Below are positions 54,897-64,000 of a stretch of DNA of 64,000 nucleotides, piece after piece. The notes beneath the pieces are model-generated. The model had not been told where the DNA came from and made no database searches. It saw only the letters and a list, made by a program, of their open reading frames with translations. The stretch's first letter is position 1, and every line of letters begins with the position of its first letter. Position numbers and translations under genes: made by a program. Source of the stretch: a bacterium (GTDB lineage Bacteria; Krumholzibacteriota; Krumholzibacteriia; G020349025); the NCBI GenBank assembly GCA_031362565.1, contig JANLSU010000103.1:43321-107320 (forward strand), read 5' to 3'.

Positions 54897-57302
54897 ATGC
54901 GAATCCTCGTCACCGGCGGCGCGGGTTTTCTCGGCCGTCATGTGGCGCATGCGTTGGTGTCGCGAGGCGACACCGTCACCGTTTTGGACGATCTCTCCTG
55001 TTCCAATTCGGCGTTCGATGTGCCGGAGCTGCAGCACCCGGCGATCACGTGCATTCGCGCCACCACCCTGGATACGGTGCTCCTTGGCCGCATGGTGCCG
55101 GAGCACGATGCGATCTTTCATTTGGCGAGCGTCGTCGGAGTGGAGGAAACCATCCGGCATCCGTTCGAGACGATGCGCAATTTGGAAGGCACGTTGAACG
55201 TGGTCGAAGCCTTGCGGCCGTCGCAGGCGATCGTTTTCACATCGTCCGCCGATGTCTACGGGCTGCATTCGCACCTCTATGACCAACCCATGCACGAAGA
55301 CGACCTGCAGTTGTTCGAGAGTTCGGACGTGAATCGCTGGGTCTATCCGAAGGTCAAATCCTTGGAAGAGAACGCGGTCCTGCACGGCCCAGGGCGTGGG
55401 GCTGTAGTCCGGGTGTTCAATTGTTTCGGCCCCGGGATGGATTTCCCGCACGGCAAACGGGTGGTCCCGCAGTTCATCGAACGTATCCTGTGCGGGCTGC
55501 CGCTACGCGTCAGTGGAACCGGTGAGCAGCGCCGCGCGATGTGTTTTTATACCGATACGGTACGCGGTGTGCTCGCGGCTCTGCAGTACTTGCTCGACGA
55601 TCCGGGCGCCACTCCCATCGCGGTGAACATCGGCTCCGACGAGACTTGGAGCGTGCTCGAACTGGCCGACACGCTGCAGGAACTGGCCATCGAGACCGGG
55701 CTTCTCGAGCAGCGCTTACCGGTGGAGCGCCACGCAAAATTGTATTCGCAGACCTTCGACGATTCCTGGCACCGCGTGCCGGACCTGAAGCGTGCAGCCA
55801 CACTCTTGGGGTACGCGCCACGCGTTGCCGCGCGCGAGGGGCTGCGACGCACACTCGAGTATTACGCCGCCAGCCAGGCGGGCGCGCAGCTGCGCCACGA
55901 GCGCGCCGCGGTGGTAGTCGCGCGGCGCCCGGCGGCGGCTTTGGGCGTCTTTCCGGCGCGTCGCGACGCGACGGTTGTGGACACGGATGTGTTGATCCTG
56001 GGCGGCGGTATCTCCGGATTGAGCTGCCGTGCCGGACTCGCAGGTGAACGCGACAGTCTCTTGCTCGAGGCGGCGGGCGAATTGGGTGGATTGCTGCGCG
56101 TATACCCGCACGGGGACTACGTATTCGACACGACGGTGCACGCGATTTTCTTTCAAAACCCACGCTTGCGGCAGCTGTTCGAGGATCTCTTGCCGGCCGG
56201 ATTTCACGAGTTCGACAAGCAGAATCTCATCTGGCAGGCGGGACAAGTCATCGACTACCCGTACCAGTTTCACCTGCGCCAGGTTCCCGGACCGATTCGA
56301 GCCCGGTGTTTGGCCGGAGTTCCAGAGGCACCCGGCCGTGGCGTCGCCGCGGACTGCAGCTTCGAAGCGTGGTTGGTAGCCCAGTTCGGACGCGGCCTCT
56401 ACAACGAGTTTTTCCAGCCCTACAACACCAAACTTTACGGGGTCCCACTCGCGAGCTTGGAAGCCGGCCCCATGGTGTGGACGATTCCGGTCGACAATCG
56501 CGCCGCCATTTTGGACGGTGCGGATGGCGCCCACCAGACGCGCGAGCGTCGAGTCCGCTGTTTGTACCCGCGCGGCCGCGCTGGTATTGCGGCGATCGCG
56601 CAGGCCATGGCGGCGCGCAGCACGGCACCAGTTCATTGCGGCGAACGCGTCGTGGCGGTCGATCCCGTCCACCGCGTCGTCGAGACCGCGAGCGGCCGGC
56701 GCGTTCGCTACCGAGAACTCGTGAACACGCTGCCACTCCCGCAGTTCATCGCCATGTGCCGGGGTACCAGCGCGAGCTTGCGGGCCGCGGCCGCGACGTT
56801 GGACGCTGCCGCCATCACCGTGGTGCAGTTGGGCCTGCCCGAACGCGGACCTGGGCTGGATGCCCACTGGACGTATTTCCCGGATGCAGACGTGCCGTTC
56901 TATCGCCTGACGCGTCTCGAACGGATTTCGCCCGACTTGTGCCCGGCGGGCGCGAGTGCGCTGCTGCTGGAATGCGCCGGCGACACGCCGCCGGACCGCG
57001 CACGCGTGCTGGAGGTCCTGCAGCGATTAGATGTCATTTCGAGTCCGGCGGTGGACTGGTACGGCACCCTCCGCATTCCGAACGCCTATGTGCTGTTCCG
57101 GCGTGGCAGCGGGCGTGTCCTGCAGACGTTGCATGCGGCGCTGGAAGAGAACGGCATCCGGACGATCGGCCGCTTCGGCGAGTGGCGGTACGCAAATATC
57201 GAACAGTGCGTCGTCTCAGGACTGGACGCGGCGCGGGCGCTCGTGCCGGCCGCGGCCACAGTGCCGTTGTTGGAGCGTCTCCGGTTGGCGGTGACTCCGT
57301 GA
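54897..57302 (+). CDS. Fusion of an NDP-sugar epimerase/dehydratase (extended SDR) and an FAD-dependent UDP-galactopyranose-mutase-like domain
   Basis: N-half: TGGAGFLG, HLAS, YPKVK, RVFNCFGP. C-half: ILGGGISG, GG.LR, FDTTVH, YPYQ, FF.PYNTKLYG, YP..G, PFYR, GRFGEWRY. Confidence 0.8.
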   Translation: MRILVTGGAGFLGRHVAHALVSRGDTVTVLDDLSCSNSAFDVPELQHPAITCIRATTLDTVLLGRMVPEHDAIFHLASVVGVEETIRHPFETMRNLEGTLNVVEALRPSQAIVFTSSADVYGLHSHLYDQPMHEDDLQLFESSDVNRWVYPKVKSLEENAVLHGPGRGAVVRVFNCFGPGMDFPHGKRVVPQFIERILCGLPLRVSGTGEQRRAMCFYTDTVRGVLAALQYLLDDPGATPIAVNIGSDETWSVLELADTLQELAIETGLLEQRLPVERHAKLYSQTFDDSWHRVPDLKRAATLLGYAPRVAAREGLRRTLEYYAASQAGAQLRHERAAVVVARRPAAALGVFPARRDATVVDTDVLILGGGISGLSCRAGLAGERDSLLLEAAGELGGLLRVYPHGDYVFDTTVHAIFFQNPRLRQLFEDLLPAGFHEFDKQNLIWQAGQVIDYPYQFHLRQVPGPIRARCLAGVPEAPGRGVAADCSFEAWLVAQFGRGLYNEFFQPYNTKLYGVPLASLEAGPMVWTIPVDNRAAILDGADGAHQTRERRVRCLYPRGRAGIAAIAQAMAARSTAPVHCGERVVAVDPVHRVVETASGRRVRYRELVNTLPLPQFIAMCRGTSASLRAAAATLDAAAITVVQLGLPERGPGLDAHWTYFPDADVPFYRLTRLERISPDLCPAGASALLLECAGDTPPDRARVLEVLQRLDVISSPAVDWYGTLRIPNAYVLFRRGSGRVLQTLHAALEENGIRTIGRFGEWRYANIEQCVVSGLDAARALVPAAATVPLLERLRLAVTP

Positions 57303-58105
57303 GTGACGGAGTGACACAGGACAATGCGCGCAGCGAGGACCCCACGGCGCTGAACGCCCGTTCGCGGCTGAACAACGAATGCGGGTCGTTCGACCTGGCG
57401 GCCTGGGTCCGCAAACAGGCACGGCTGGAGCCCGGGGCGCGCCTGCTCGATGTGGGGGCGGGAACCGGGCAGTTGCTGCTGCGGTACGCCGGCGCGGTAT
57501 TGCGCGCCGGCAGTTGCGTGGCAGTGGATGTGTCGGCGGCAAGTTTGCGTGAACTGCAGGCGGCCCTGCCGGCGAGTGGATACAGCAACGTGGAAACGGC
57601 GTGCTTCGATATGGATCTGTTGGCGGAGTCGCAATGGCGGCCCGAGCTTCGCAACTTCACCGATATTCTCTCAGCCTACGCGCTCTACTATTCCGCCGAT
57701 GCCAACCGGCTGCTCGCCGGCCTGAGCGGCCGCCTGCACCCCGACGGCTGCTTGATCGTCGTGGCGCCGGCGCCGGGCAACAACGTCGAATGGTTCGCGC
57801 TTCTGGAACGAGCCGGGGTTCGCGTTCCGGCCAAGGTCCACGCCGTCTCCACCTTCCTCGATGACACGGTCTTGCCCTTTGCACGCCGCCATTTTGCCGC
57901 CGTAACGGCGGAATTCGAGACGAACACCGTGCGGCTGGACTCGGTGGACGAAATCGATGCGTACTGGCGCAGCAACATCTACTTCGAGCCCAGCAAGAGT
58001 GAGGCATTGCACGCCTGCGCTCGGGACCTGTGCCGCGAACAAGGTGGCTTGGTCAACCGCAAACGCATCGGGCTCGTGACCATGCGTGGGAGGCTCGCAC
58101 CATGA
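57299..58105 (+). CDS. Class I SAM-dependent methyltransferase
   Basis: LLDVGAGTG, AVDVS, ALYY and L.P.G. GTGA overlap with the upstream gene. Confidence 0.82.
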   Translation: MSDGVTQDNARSEDPTALNARSRLNNECGSFDLAAWVRKQARLEPGARLLDVGAGTGQLLLRYAGAVLRAGSCVAVDVSAASLRELQAALPASGYSNVETACFDMDLLAESQWRPELRNFTDILSAYALYYSADANRLLAGLSGRLHPDGCLIVVAPAPGNNVEWFALLERAGVRVPAKVHAVSTFLDDTVLPFARRHFAAVTAEFETNTVRLDSVDEIDAYWRSNIYFEPSKSEALHACARDLCREQGGLVNRKRIGLVTMRGRLAP

Positions 58106-58905
58106 GCCATCTGCGGCCTCAGGACACCCAGGACTTCAGTTTGGCCGGCTATCGCGGCATTCTCCAACGCGCGCAGGCGCTGGGGTATTCGCTGCAGTGC
58201 TTTGCCGGCTTCGCACCGCCCCTGCAGCAGCCGGTTCTGCTCTTGCGACATGATCTGGACCATTCCCTGCGTGCCGCGTTGCCGTTGGCGGAACTCGAAG
58301 CAGAACATCGTGTCCGAAGCACCTACTTTGTCCAGGTCACAGGGGATTTCTACAACCTGCTGGGACGCGAAGGCCGGGCGGTCATTGCGCGGCTCGTGGA
58401 ACTCGGGCACGAGGTGGGGCTGCACTACGATGCACGGCGCTATGCCGAGGCCTTCGGCGCCGGTGGTCCCGCCGCCGCCGAAGCGTGTTTGCGGCTCGAC
58501 CTCGCGCTTCTCGCGGACCTCTCGGGAGAACCCGTGGTTTCGGCATCGCAACACCTGCCGTGCGACACGCAAGGCTTCGCGGTGCGGTGTGCTGTCCGCA
58601 ACGAGGCGTACGAAGACCGGTTCACGGCCGAACCCATGACCTACATTTCGGACTCGCTTCTGGCGTGGCGCCAAGCCACCCCCCACGATCTGCTGGACCA
58701 CCGTGCGAGTTTCCAACTGTTGACGCATCCGGTGAAATGGGCCGCACCGGTGGCGGGCTTGCACGCCCTCTTGCAGCGCGCATGGCAGGAAGAATGCGAC
58801 GCGCTGCGGGCGCGCTACGATGAGGTGGAAGGGTACTATGCCGGTCTCTTGCAACGCCGGACAGAGCTCGATGCCGCATTCCAGTCCCGTCGCATCCGCG
58901 GCTGA
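58102..58905 (+). CDS. Polysaccharide deacetylase-like protein (WbmS-like)
   Basis: LRHDLD, STYF, YN, GHEVGLH, YISDS and QLLTHP..W. ATGA overlap. Confidence 0.75.
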   Translation: MSHLRPQDTQDFSLAGYRGILQRAQALGYSLQCFAGFAPPLQQPVLLLRHDLDHSLRAALPLAELEAEHRVRSTYFVQVTGDFYNLLGREGRAVIARLVELGHEVGLHYDARRYAEAFGAGGPAAAEACLRLDLALLADLSGEPVVSASQHLPCDTQGFAVRCAVRNEAYEDRFTAEPMTYISDSLLAWRQATPHDLLDHRASFQLLTHPVKWAAPVAGLHALLQRAWQEECDALRARYDEVEGYYAGLLQRRTELDAAFQSRRIRG

Positions 58906-58924
58906 CGCTGGGGCGGCGGCCGCC

Positions 58925-59545
58925 GTGCCGCACGCCCGGCCGGGACTCGATCGCCTGCAACGCTGGACCGACTGCAGTCTTGTCCTCGTGACGTTGCCCG
59001 TCTGGTTCCTGGTACTTGCCGTGACGCTGATCGCGACCCGGGTCGGGAGCCGCGGCACTCTCTTCTTCCATCAAACGCGCCTGGGGCGCGACTGCCGCCC
59101 ATTCACGATTCACAAGGTCCGCACCATGCGGCCCGGCCTGGCGCCGCCCGCGGGCGCATTGTTCGCGGGGTGGACCTATGCCGGCGACCCGCGGGTCACG
59201 CGCACCGGTGCCTTCCTGCGCCGCTATCGCCTGGATGAACTGCCGCAATTGTGGAACGTGTTGCGCGGCGACATGAGCTTGATCGGGCCGCGCCCGGAGC
59301 CGTTGGATATCGCCGAACGTCTCGGCGAAGAATTGCCGGGCTATCACCAACGTCATGCGGTGCGGCCTGGTCTCACGGGACTGTGTCAGATTTCAGCCGT
59401 TTATCGCGATTTCGGCACGATCGACAAGGCCGCACGCAAGTTGGAGTACGACCTGGCCTACGTACGCACCCGCAGCGTGCGGCTGAATGCTTGGATCCTA
59501 TGGTGCACGGTCGCAGTGCTGGGCCGCGGCGAAGGAATGGCGTGA
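58925..59545 (+). CDS. Bacterial sugar transferase (priming phosphoglycosyl transferase)
   Basis: KVRTM, DPRVT..G.FLR...LDELPQLWNVL.GDMSLIGPRP, RPGLTG and D..Y. Start uncertain. Confidence 0.92.
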   Translation: MPHARPGLDRLQRWTDCSLVLVTLPVWFLVLAVTLIATRVGSRGTLFFHQTRLGRDCRPFTIHKVRTMRPGLAPPAGALFAGWTYAGDPRVTRTGAFLRRYRLDELPQLWNVLRGDMSLIGPRPEPLDIAERLGEELPGYHQRHAVRPGLTGLCQISAVYRDFGTIDKAARKLEYDLAYVRTRSVRLNAWILWCTVAVLGRGEGMA

Positions 59546-60882
59546 TGCGCGTCGTCCTCGTCTCACAGTATTTCCCGCCCGAGACCGGCGGTCCGCCCAA
59601 CCGCGCGGTGTCGTTGGCGCGTGGGCTGCTGGATGCAGGCCATGTTGTCGAGGTGGTGTGCGAAAAGCCCAGCCATCCGGAAGGGCGGATTCGCGCCGGC
59701 TACCGCGGCGGGCTCGCGGTTCATCGTCGGTGGGAAGGCATCCCGGTGCACTACGTTTGGGTGCGCGCGAGCCTCGGGAAAACACTCTGGGCGCGGGTCG
59801 CCAACCATCTCTCGTTCCTATTCACGGCGCTGTTGACGGGGTTGCGGTTGCCAGGCCGGATCGATGTGGTTCTTTCGACGTCGCCGCCACTGTTTGCGGC
59901 CGCCGCCGGTTGGTGGTTGGCGCGTCTCCGGCGCGCGGCACATGTGCTCGACGTTCGCGACTTGTGGCCCGATATCGCGGTCGCCATGGGTGAGCTGCAG
60001 AACCCCGTTTGGATCCGGCTCGCGAAGCGTCTCGAGCGGGCGTTGTATCGGAATGCCGATGCGATCACCGCGGTGACCCAGAGCTTCTGCGACACGATCG
60101 CCCCGCAGGCGAAAGATCCGCGCGCCGTGCACTTGATTCGCAACGGCTCGGTACCGGATTTCTTCGCTCATCGTGGCGATGCCGCCGACGCCCGGCGCCG
60201 GCTCGGCTGGCCCGATGATGACCGGCGCTTTGTGGTGGCGTACGTCGGCAACATCGGCTTGGCCCAGGGGCTCGATCACGCCGTGGACGCGGCGCGCTTG
60301 CTCGCGGACACGCCACAGCCGGCGCGCGTCTTACTGGTGGGCAGCGGGCCGGCCGTCGCACGCTTGCAAGAGCGCGCGTCGCGCGGTGCGGTGGCGAATC
60401 TGGAGTTTTGGCCGCGCGTCGATCAGGATCACGCTGCGGATTGGATGGCGGCTGCCGATGCGCTCGTCGTCAGCCTCGCGAATCTCGAGATGCTGGCGCA
60501 GTTCGTTCCGTCGAAGCTGTACGACGCCATGGCGTCGGGCCGGCCGGTGCTGTTGGGCGCCCGTGGCGAAGCGCAAACGATGCTGGAAACGGCTGGAGCC
60601 GGCATCGCGTATGCGCCGGAAAGCGCCACCGGTCTCGCGGACGCGGTGCGCCGGTTGCAACGGGATCCCGATTTGTGTGCCCGCCTGGGTAGACGCGGCG
60701 CGGCGTTCGCGCGCCAGCACTGTGATCGCGCCCAGCACGCGCGTGCCCTGGTCGCGCTGCTGCAAGATGTGGTGCGGCGGCGAGAGAAGAGTCGTGCCGG
60801 CGATCTAGCGGATCAACGTGACCTTTTGCGAGTAGGACATCGCACCAGCTTGGGCGCGGACAAAATAGACACCGGACGGTAG
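59545..60882 (+). CDS. Glycosyltransferase family 4 (WbuB/WcaI-like)
   Basis: SQYFPPE, TSPPLF, DVRDLWPD, YVGNIGLAQG and PSKLYDAMASG. Confidence 0.9.
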   Translation: MRVVLVSQYFPPETGGPPNRAVSLARGLLDAGHVVEVVCEKPSHPEGRIRAGYRGGLAVHRRWEGIPVHYVWVRASLGKTLWARVANHLSFLFTALLTGLRLPGRIDVVLSTSPPLFAAAAGWWLARLRRAAHVLDVRDLWPDIAVAMGELQNPVWIRLAKRLERALYRNADAITAVTQSFCDTIAPQAKDPRAVHLIRNGSVPDFFAHRGDAADARRRLGWPDDDRRFVVAYVGNIGLAQGLDHAVDAARLLADTPQPARVLLVGSGPAVARLQERASRGAVANLEFWPRVDQDHAADWMAAADALVVSLANLEMLAQFVPSKLYDAMASGRPVLLGARGEAQTMLETAGAGIAYAPESATGLADAVRRLQRDPDLCARLGRRGAAFARQHCDRAQHARALVALLQDVVRRREKSRAGDLADQRDLLRVGHRTSLGADKIDTGR

Positions 60883-62106
60883 GCGCTGACCGCTCGCACC
60901 GCGGCCGTCCCAGACGACAGCGTGCGATCCGGGCGGCTGCGTCGTGTGCGCGAGGCGTGCGACCACCATGCCGCGCAAGTCGTACACGGCCACATCGACT
61001 TGCGCCCGCGTCGCGAGGTTGTATCGGAGCGTGCCGGCGCCGCGCATGGGGGTCCGAAACGGCGTGATCCAGTTTGCGCCTTGCAGTTGTGGTTCCGCGG
61101 CATCGACCGGCGTGCACGGAGTGCTGGCGCAGAGGCCCGTGGCGGCGGCGATGTTCCGCCAGTCATACGCATGCACGGCGCGATCGGCGTGCGCTGCGAA
61201 GAGAGCCCCTTGAGGAAAATTGGGGAGCGGTTGCTGGACGAGAGCGATGCCGTCCGTCGCCTGCGCCACACCCGAAAAATTGCACAGGAAATGGTAGTCC
61301 CGACGGTCGAAGACTTCCCATTCGACGGGCGTCGCCATCTGATCGGTCACGATGACATAGCCAGTGCCGTTCCCGGTGTCGTAGATGGCCATGCCCTCGG
61401 TGTCCTTGACGAAGTGGCCGGCGCCGAACCGGTCGACCAATGTGCCCTGCAGATCGAACACCATGACGTCGTGCGCGTGCTCGTCGCAGATCAACGCCCG
61501 GCCATTCTTCTGGTCGACGACAATCGTCTCGAGAATGCTCCCCGGCGGCGTCGTAAAGGTGAGGCGCTGAGTCCCGCCCAAGCCCGTGGCGGTGGGAACG
61601 ACGTCGAAAACGAAGACCCGGTGGGTCGCAAAGCCGATATCGGTGATCCAGATTTGCGGTTGCGCGCCGTCCAGCGACACCGCAATCCCCATGGGCTCGT
61701 GGAGCACCGCGTCACCGATCGAGCCGAGGTAGAACCCGAAGGGCAGTGCGAACAGCGTCACACGGTGATTGTTGCGTTCGACGACGCAGGCGATATCGAG
61801 CGGCCCGGCACTTGTCGGTACGCCGTACGCAATGGCAACCGCGTTCGGACGGCTGAACCGGCCGGCGGTCGATCCGTGGCCGCCCATGCGGCCCAAATAG
61901 ATATTACGAACCGGATCGTGAATCTCGACGAAATCCTGCGTCTTGTCCGTCACGAGCAGAAGGCTCGCCGCCGGGTTCGGCGCCACCCAGACTGCCGGTG
62001 AATCCAGGTCGCCGTGGCCACTGGGCGGCACGGAGGTCTGGTACGAGAGCGGGACGGTGACCGCCAGGAGCGGCCCGAGCGACAAACGGCGGAGCCGGCG
62101 CCACAC
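60805..62106 (-). CDS. Beta-propeller phytase-like protein with a C-terminal FlgD-Ig-like domain
   Basis: D.PAVW, TDK, E..VVD, D.EG.AIY..G...GY.IV.DQ, TDG and FPQG, then VYDLRG..V..L...WDG....G..LPSGVYFVR. Start uncertain. Confidence 0.75.
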   Translation of the reverse strand: MWRRLRRLSLGPLLAVTVPLSYQTSVPPSGHGDLDSPAVWVAPNPAASLLLVTDKTQDFVEIHDPVRNIYLGRMGGHGSTAGRFSRPNAVAIAYGVPTSAGPLDIACVVERNNHRVTLFALPFGFYLGSIGDAVLHEPMGIAVSLDGAQPQIWITDIGFATHRVFVFDVVPTATGLGGTQRLTFTTPPGSILETIVVDQKNGRALICDEHAHDVMVFDLQGTLVDRFGAGHFVKDTEGMAIYDTGNGTGYVIVTDQMATPVEWEVFDRRDYHFLCNFSGVAQATDGIALVQQPLPNFPQGALFAAHADRAVHAYDWRNIAAATGLCASTPCTPVDAAEPQLQGANWITPFRTPMRGAGTLRYNLATRAQVDVAVYDLRGMVVARLAHTTQPPGSHAVVWDGRGASGQRLPSGVYFVRAQAGAMSYSQKVTLIR

Positions 62107-62300
62107 GCGGGCGGACGCCGCGTACGCGAGATTCAATCCCGGTTGCAAATTGTTTCTCCGAATGGCGCATTGTGGCGAACTGCGGTAGGCGCGATCCCGG
62201 CGCGATCGGAACCGCGCCGGGAACCAGCACAATCATAACATGGCGGCGCATTGGAATCATCATCGCAACGCCATATGCCATGCCAAGGATCCGACGCGAC

Positions 62301-62534
62301 TCAATCGCGCAGGACGAACGTCACCTTCATGTTGACGCGGTATTCGACGATCTCGCCGTTCTGGATCTCGACTTTGTAGTTCTGGATCCAGGCGCCCTTC
62401 ACTTGGTCGAGCGTCTTGTGGGCGCGGGCGACGCCGCGGCGCACCGCATCGTCAAAGCTCTTCGTGGACGAAGAGGTGATCTCGGTCACCCGCGCCACCG
62501 ATTCGTCGGCGGTTGATTTCTTTTTGGCAGCCAT
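62301..62534 (-). CDS. Dodecin family (flavin-binding) protein
   Basis: SVARVTEITSSSTKSFDDAV..G..RA.KTL...W...EYRVNMKVTFVL. AAGGAG RBS. Confidence 0.9.
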   Translation of the reverse strand: MAAKKKSTADESVARVTEITSSSTKSFDDAVRRGVARAHKTLDQVKGAWIQNYKVEIQNGEIVEYRVNMKVTFVLRD

Positions 62535-62614
62535 GAGCAGTTCTCCTTCAAGTAACGATTCCCAGTCTTGGTTTACCACGCGCGAACGCGAAAGGGAAGG
62601 TGGTGCCGCCGGCG

Positions 62615-62944
62615 TCATTCGGCGGCGATCCCGAGCGTGCCATCCACGACTTCGACGAAAGTTCTGGCCTCGCGCCGGATGAATCGCTGCGCCTCTGCCA
62701 TCGCGAAGTTGGCGAGCGCCAGCGGATCCGATTTCAAGCGGGCCCGATAGGCCTCGTAGGCGGCGAGGCTCTCGAAGGCGATCAAACCCCAGGCAATGTT
62801 GTTCGTACCTTCGTAAGGCAAAAAGTACCCGACCAGGTGGCCACCGCAGCGCGGGATGATGCTGCCCCAGTTCGCCGCATAAGCCGCGAATGCCTGGCGC
62901 TGGAACGGGTCGATCTCGTAGCGGATGATGCAGGTGATCGCCAT
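62615..62944 (-). CDS. NIPSNAP family protein
   Basis: [30 protein letters not shown]...[18 protein letters not shown]. Confidence 0.85.
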   Translation of the reverse strand: MAITCIIRYEIDPFQRQAFAAYAANWGSIIPRCGGHLVGYFLPYEGTNNIAWGLIAFESLAAYEAYRARLKSDPLALANFAMAEAQRFIRREARTFVEVVDGTLGIAAE

Positions 62945-63010
62945 CCTGTCCTCCAAGGTTGCGGACTCGGCTGAATGCACTCCGGGAGTGTGCCGGTTGC
63001 CGCGCCGCCA

Positions 63011-63034
63011 CAATTCGTCTACGATCGAAGTATG
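63011..63034. promoter_or_regulatory. Imperfect palindrome overlapping the -10 box and start codon of the ArsR gene (candidate operator)
   Basis: CAATTCG-TCTACGAT-CGAAGTATG (TTCG-N8-CGAA), which contains TACGAT. Confidence 0.45.
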
Positions 63035-63733
63035 AATGTCGAAGCCGCGGATCGCGTCGTTTCCAGAATTGCCGCCGCCATCGGTGAGCCGGGGCGCGCC
63101 CGGATGCTCTATTGCCTGATGGATGGCCACGCGCGCACCAGCACTGAGCTTGCGGTCGTGGCGGAAGTGAGTCCGTCAACCGCCAGCGCACATTTGAGTC
63201 GATTGAAGGAAGAACACCTGGTGAAGGTGCTCGTGCAGGGGAAGCATCGTTACTACAGCCTCGACGGCGCCCATGTGGCCATCGCGCTCGAAGCGTTGAG
63301 CGTCTTGGCCGGCGGCTCGCCGGTGAAGTTCGTACCGCGCACCCCGAGCCGCCTGCGGGCGGCGCGCACGTGCTACGACCACATGGCCGGCACCGTCGCG
63401 GTGGCGCTCCACGATCGCTTCAAGGCGCTCGGCTGGCTCTCGGCAGTGCGGGGGAGTGACGACGCCTACGACCTCACCGCCACCGGAGTGCGGGCGCTGG
63501 AAACCCTCGGCATCGACATCGAAGCAACCCGGACTCTGCGCCGTCGATTCGCGTTCGCGTGTCTCGACTGGAGTGAGCGGCGGCCGCATGTCGGCGGCGC
63601 GCTGGGGGCGGCGCTCCTCAACGTGGCACTGAAAAGGCAATGGCTGGTCCAGGATCTCGACAGCCGGGCGTTGAGTGTCACCAAGGCGGGACAACGCGAA
63701 CTGCGGACTCGGTTCGGCGTCGCATCCGGCTAG
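63032..63733 (+). CDS. ArsR/SmtB family transcriptional regulator (long form)
   Basis: R.RML..LMDG....TELA.......STAS.HL..L, QG.HRYY, ARTCYDH.AG and [10 protein letters not shown]. Confidence 0.9.
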   Translation: MNVEAADRVVSRIAAAIGEPGRARMLYCLMDGHARTSTELAVVAEVSPSTASAHLSRLKEEHLVKVLVQGKHRYYSLDGAHVAIALEALSVLAGGSPVKFVPRTPSRLRAARTCYDHMAGTVAVALHDRFKALGWLSAVRGSDDAYDLTATGVRALETLGIDIEATRTLRRRFAFACLDWSERRPHVGGALGAALLNVALKRQWLVQDLDSRALSVTKAGQRELRTRFGVASG

Positions 63734-63754
63734 ACCTGCCCCCGCCGCTCCACG

Positions 63755-64000
63755 CTACATTGCGTCGGCGGCGTCGAGGTCGGTACGGATGCGCTTGAGG
63801 CGCACTTCGCGATCGGCGACGAAGCGCTCGATGCCCTTGAGGAGCCAAGGCGGCGACAGATGCGCCTCGTCGATGATCTCGTCGAGGGCGCCACCGGTGC
63901 GCCAGCGATCGTCCCAGTCGGGAGTCATCGCATACTCGGCGGCGATGCGGTTCGCGAGCCAGTCGGTCATCGTGCGCCGGCCGCGGTTCGAGATCACGGT
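63755..64000 (-). CDS. C-terminus of a probable transketolase-like protein (partial)
   Basis: DWDDRWRTGG.LDEII.EAHLSP..LL.GIERF resembles a transketolase C-terminal domain. Only about 80 aa are visible. Confidence 0.45.
   Translation of the reverse strand, partial: TVISNRGRRTMTDWLANRIAAEYAMTPDWDDRWRTGGALDEIIDEAHLSPPWLLKGIERFVADREVRLKRIRTDLDAADAM

Noticed and set aside
62262..62288. TGGCATGGCATATGGCGTTGC (minus strand) as a sigma54 promoter
   Set aside because: Neither TGGCA gives GG-N10-GC spacing.
3..63997. Many long alternative-frame and antisense ORFs in the track (for example 602-1825, 6196-7983, 13691-15511, 27433-29310, 36137-37945)
   Set aside because: They are Arg/Ala/Pro-rich shadow ORFs expected in high-GC DNA. 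They overlap genes with clear family motifs and have none of their own.

Overview
GC-rich bacterial chromosomal window with about 55 densely packed genes and no rRNA, tRNA, CRISPR array, integrase or transposase that I could support. Two secreted enzymes end in FlgD-Ig-like tails, which suggests an FCB-group lineage such as Eisenbacteria, Krumholzibacteria or Latescibacteria (inference only). Housekeeping and envelope genes include citrate synthase (partial), several peptidases (S9, M28, M36/M4, M48), a TPP riboswitch upstream of a TonB-dependent receptor, gmd-rmd-GT4, an AddAB-like helicase/nuclease pair, lepB, an acyl-CoA dehydrogenase, ispH, a small glycan cluster, a phytase-like propeller, dodecin, NIPSNAP and ArsR. 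The most striking element is a translationally coupled operon at 30475-35017: queE, a class III aminotransferase, a LuxE-like acyl-protein synthetase and a LuxC-like acyl reductase. It has a structured 5' leader and a PTPS/QueD-family gene nearby. Its chemistry (acid to aldehyde to amine) could convert the QueE product CDG to preQ1 without QueC and QueF. This is a hypothesis from gene context, not a demonstrated pathway. Other leads are a sigma54-type promoter facing an orphan structured RNA, a 38-aa membrane microprotein with its own promoter and terminator, an SDR/UDP-Galp-mutase-like fusion, a G-quadruplex-forming tract and several pseudo-enzymes. All product calls come from motif recognition by eye; no database search was run.
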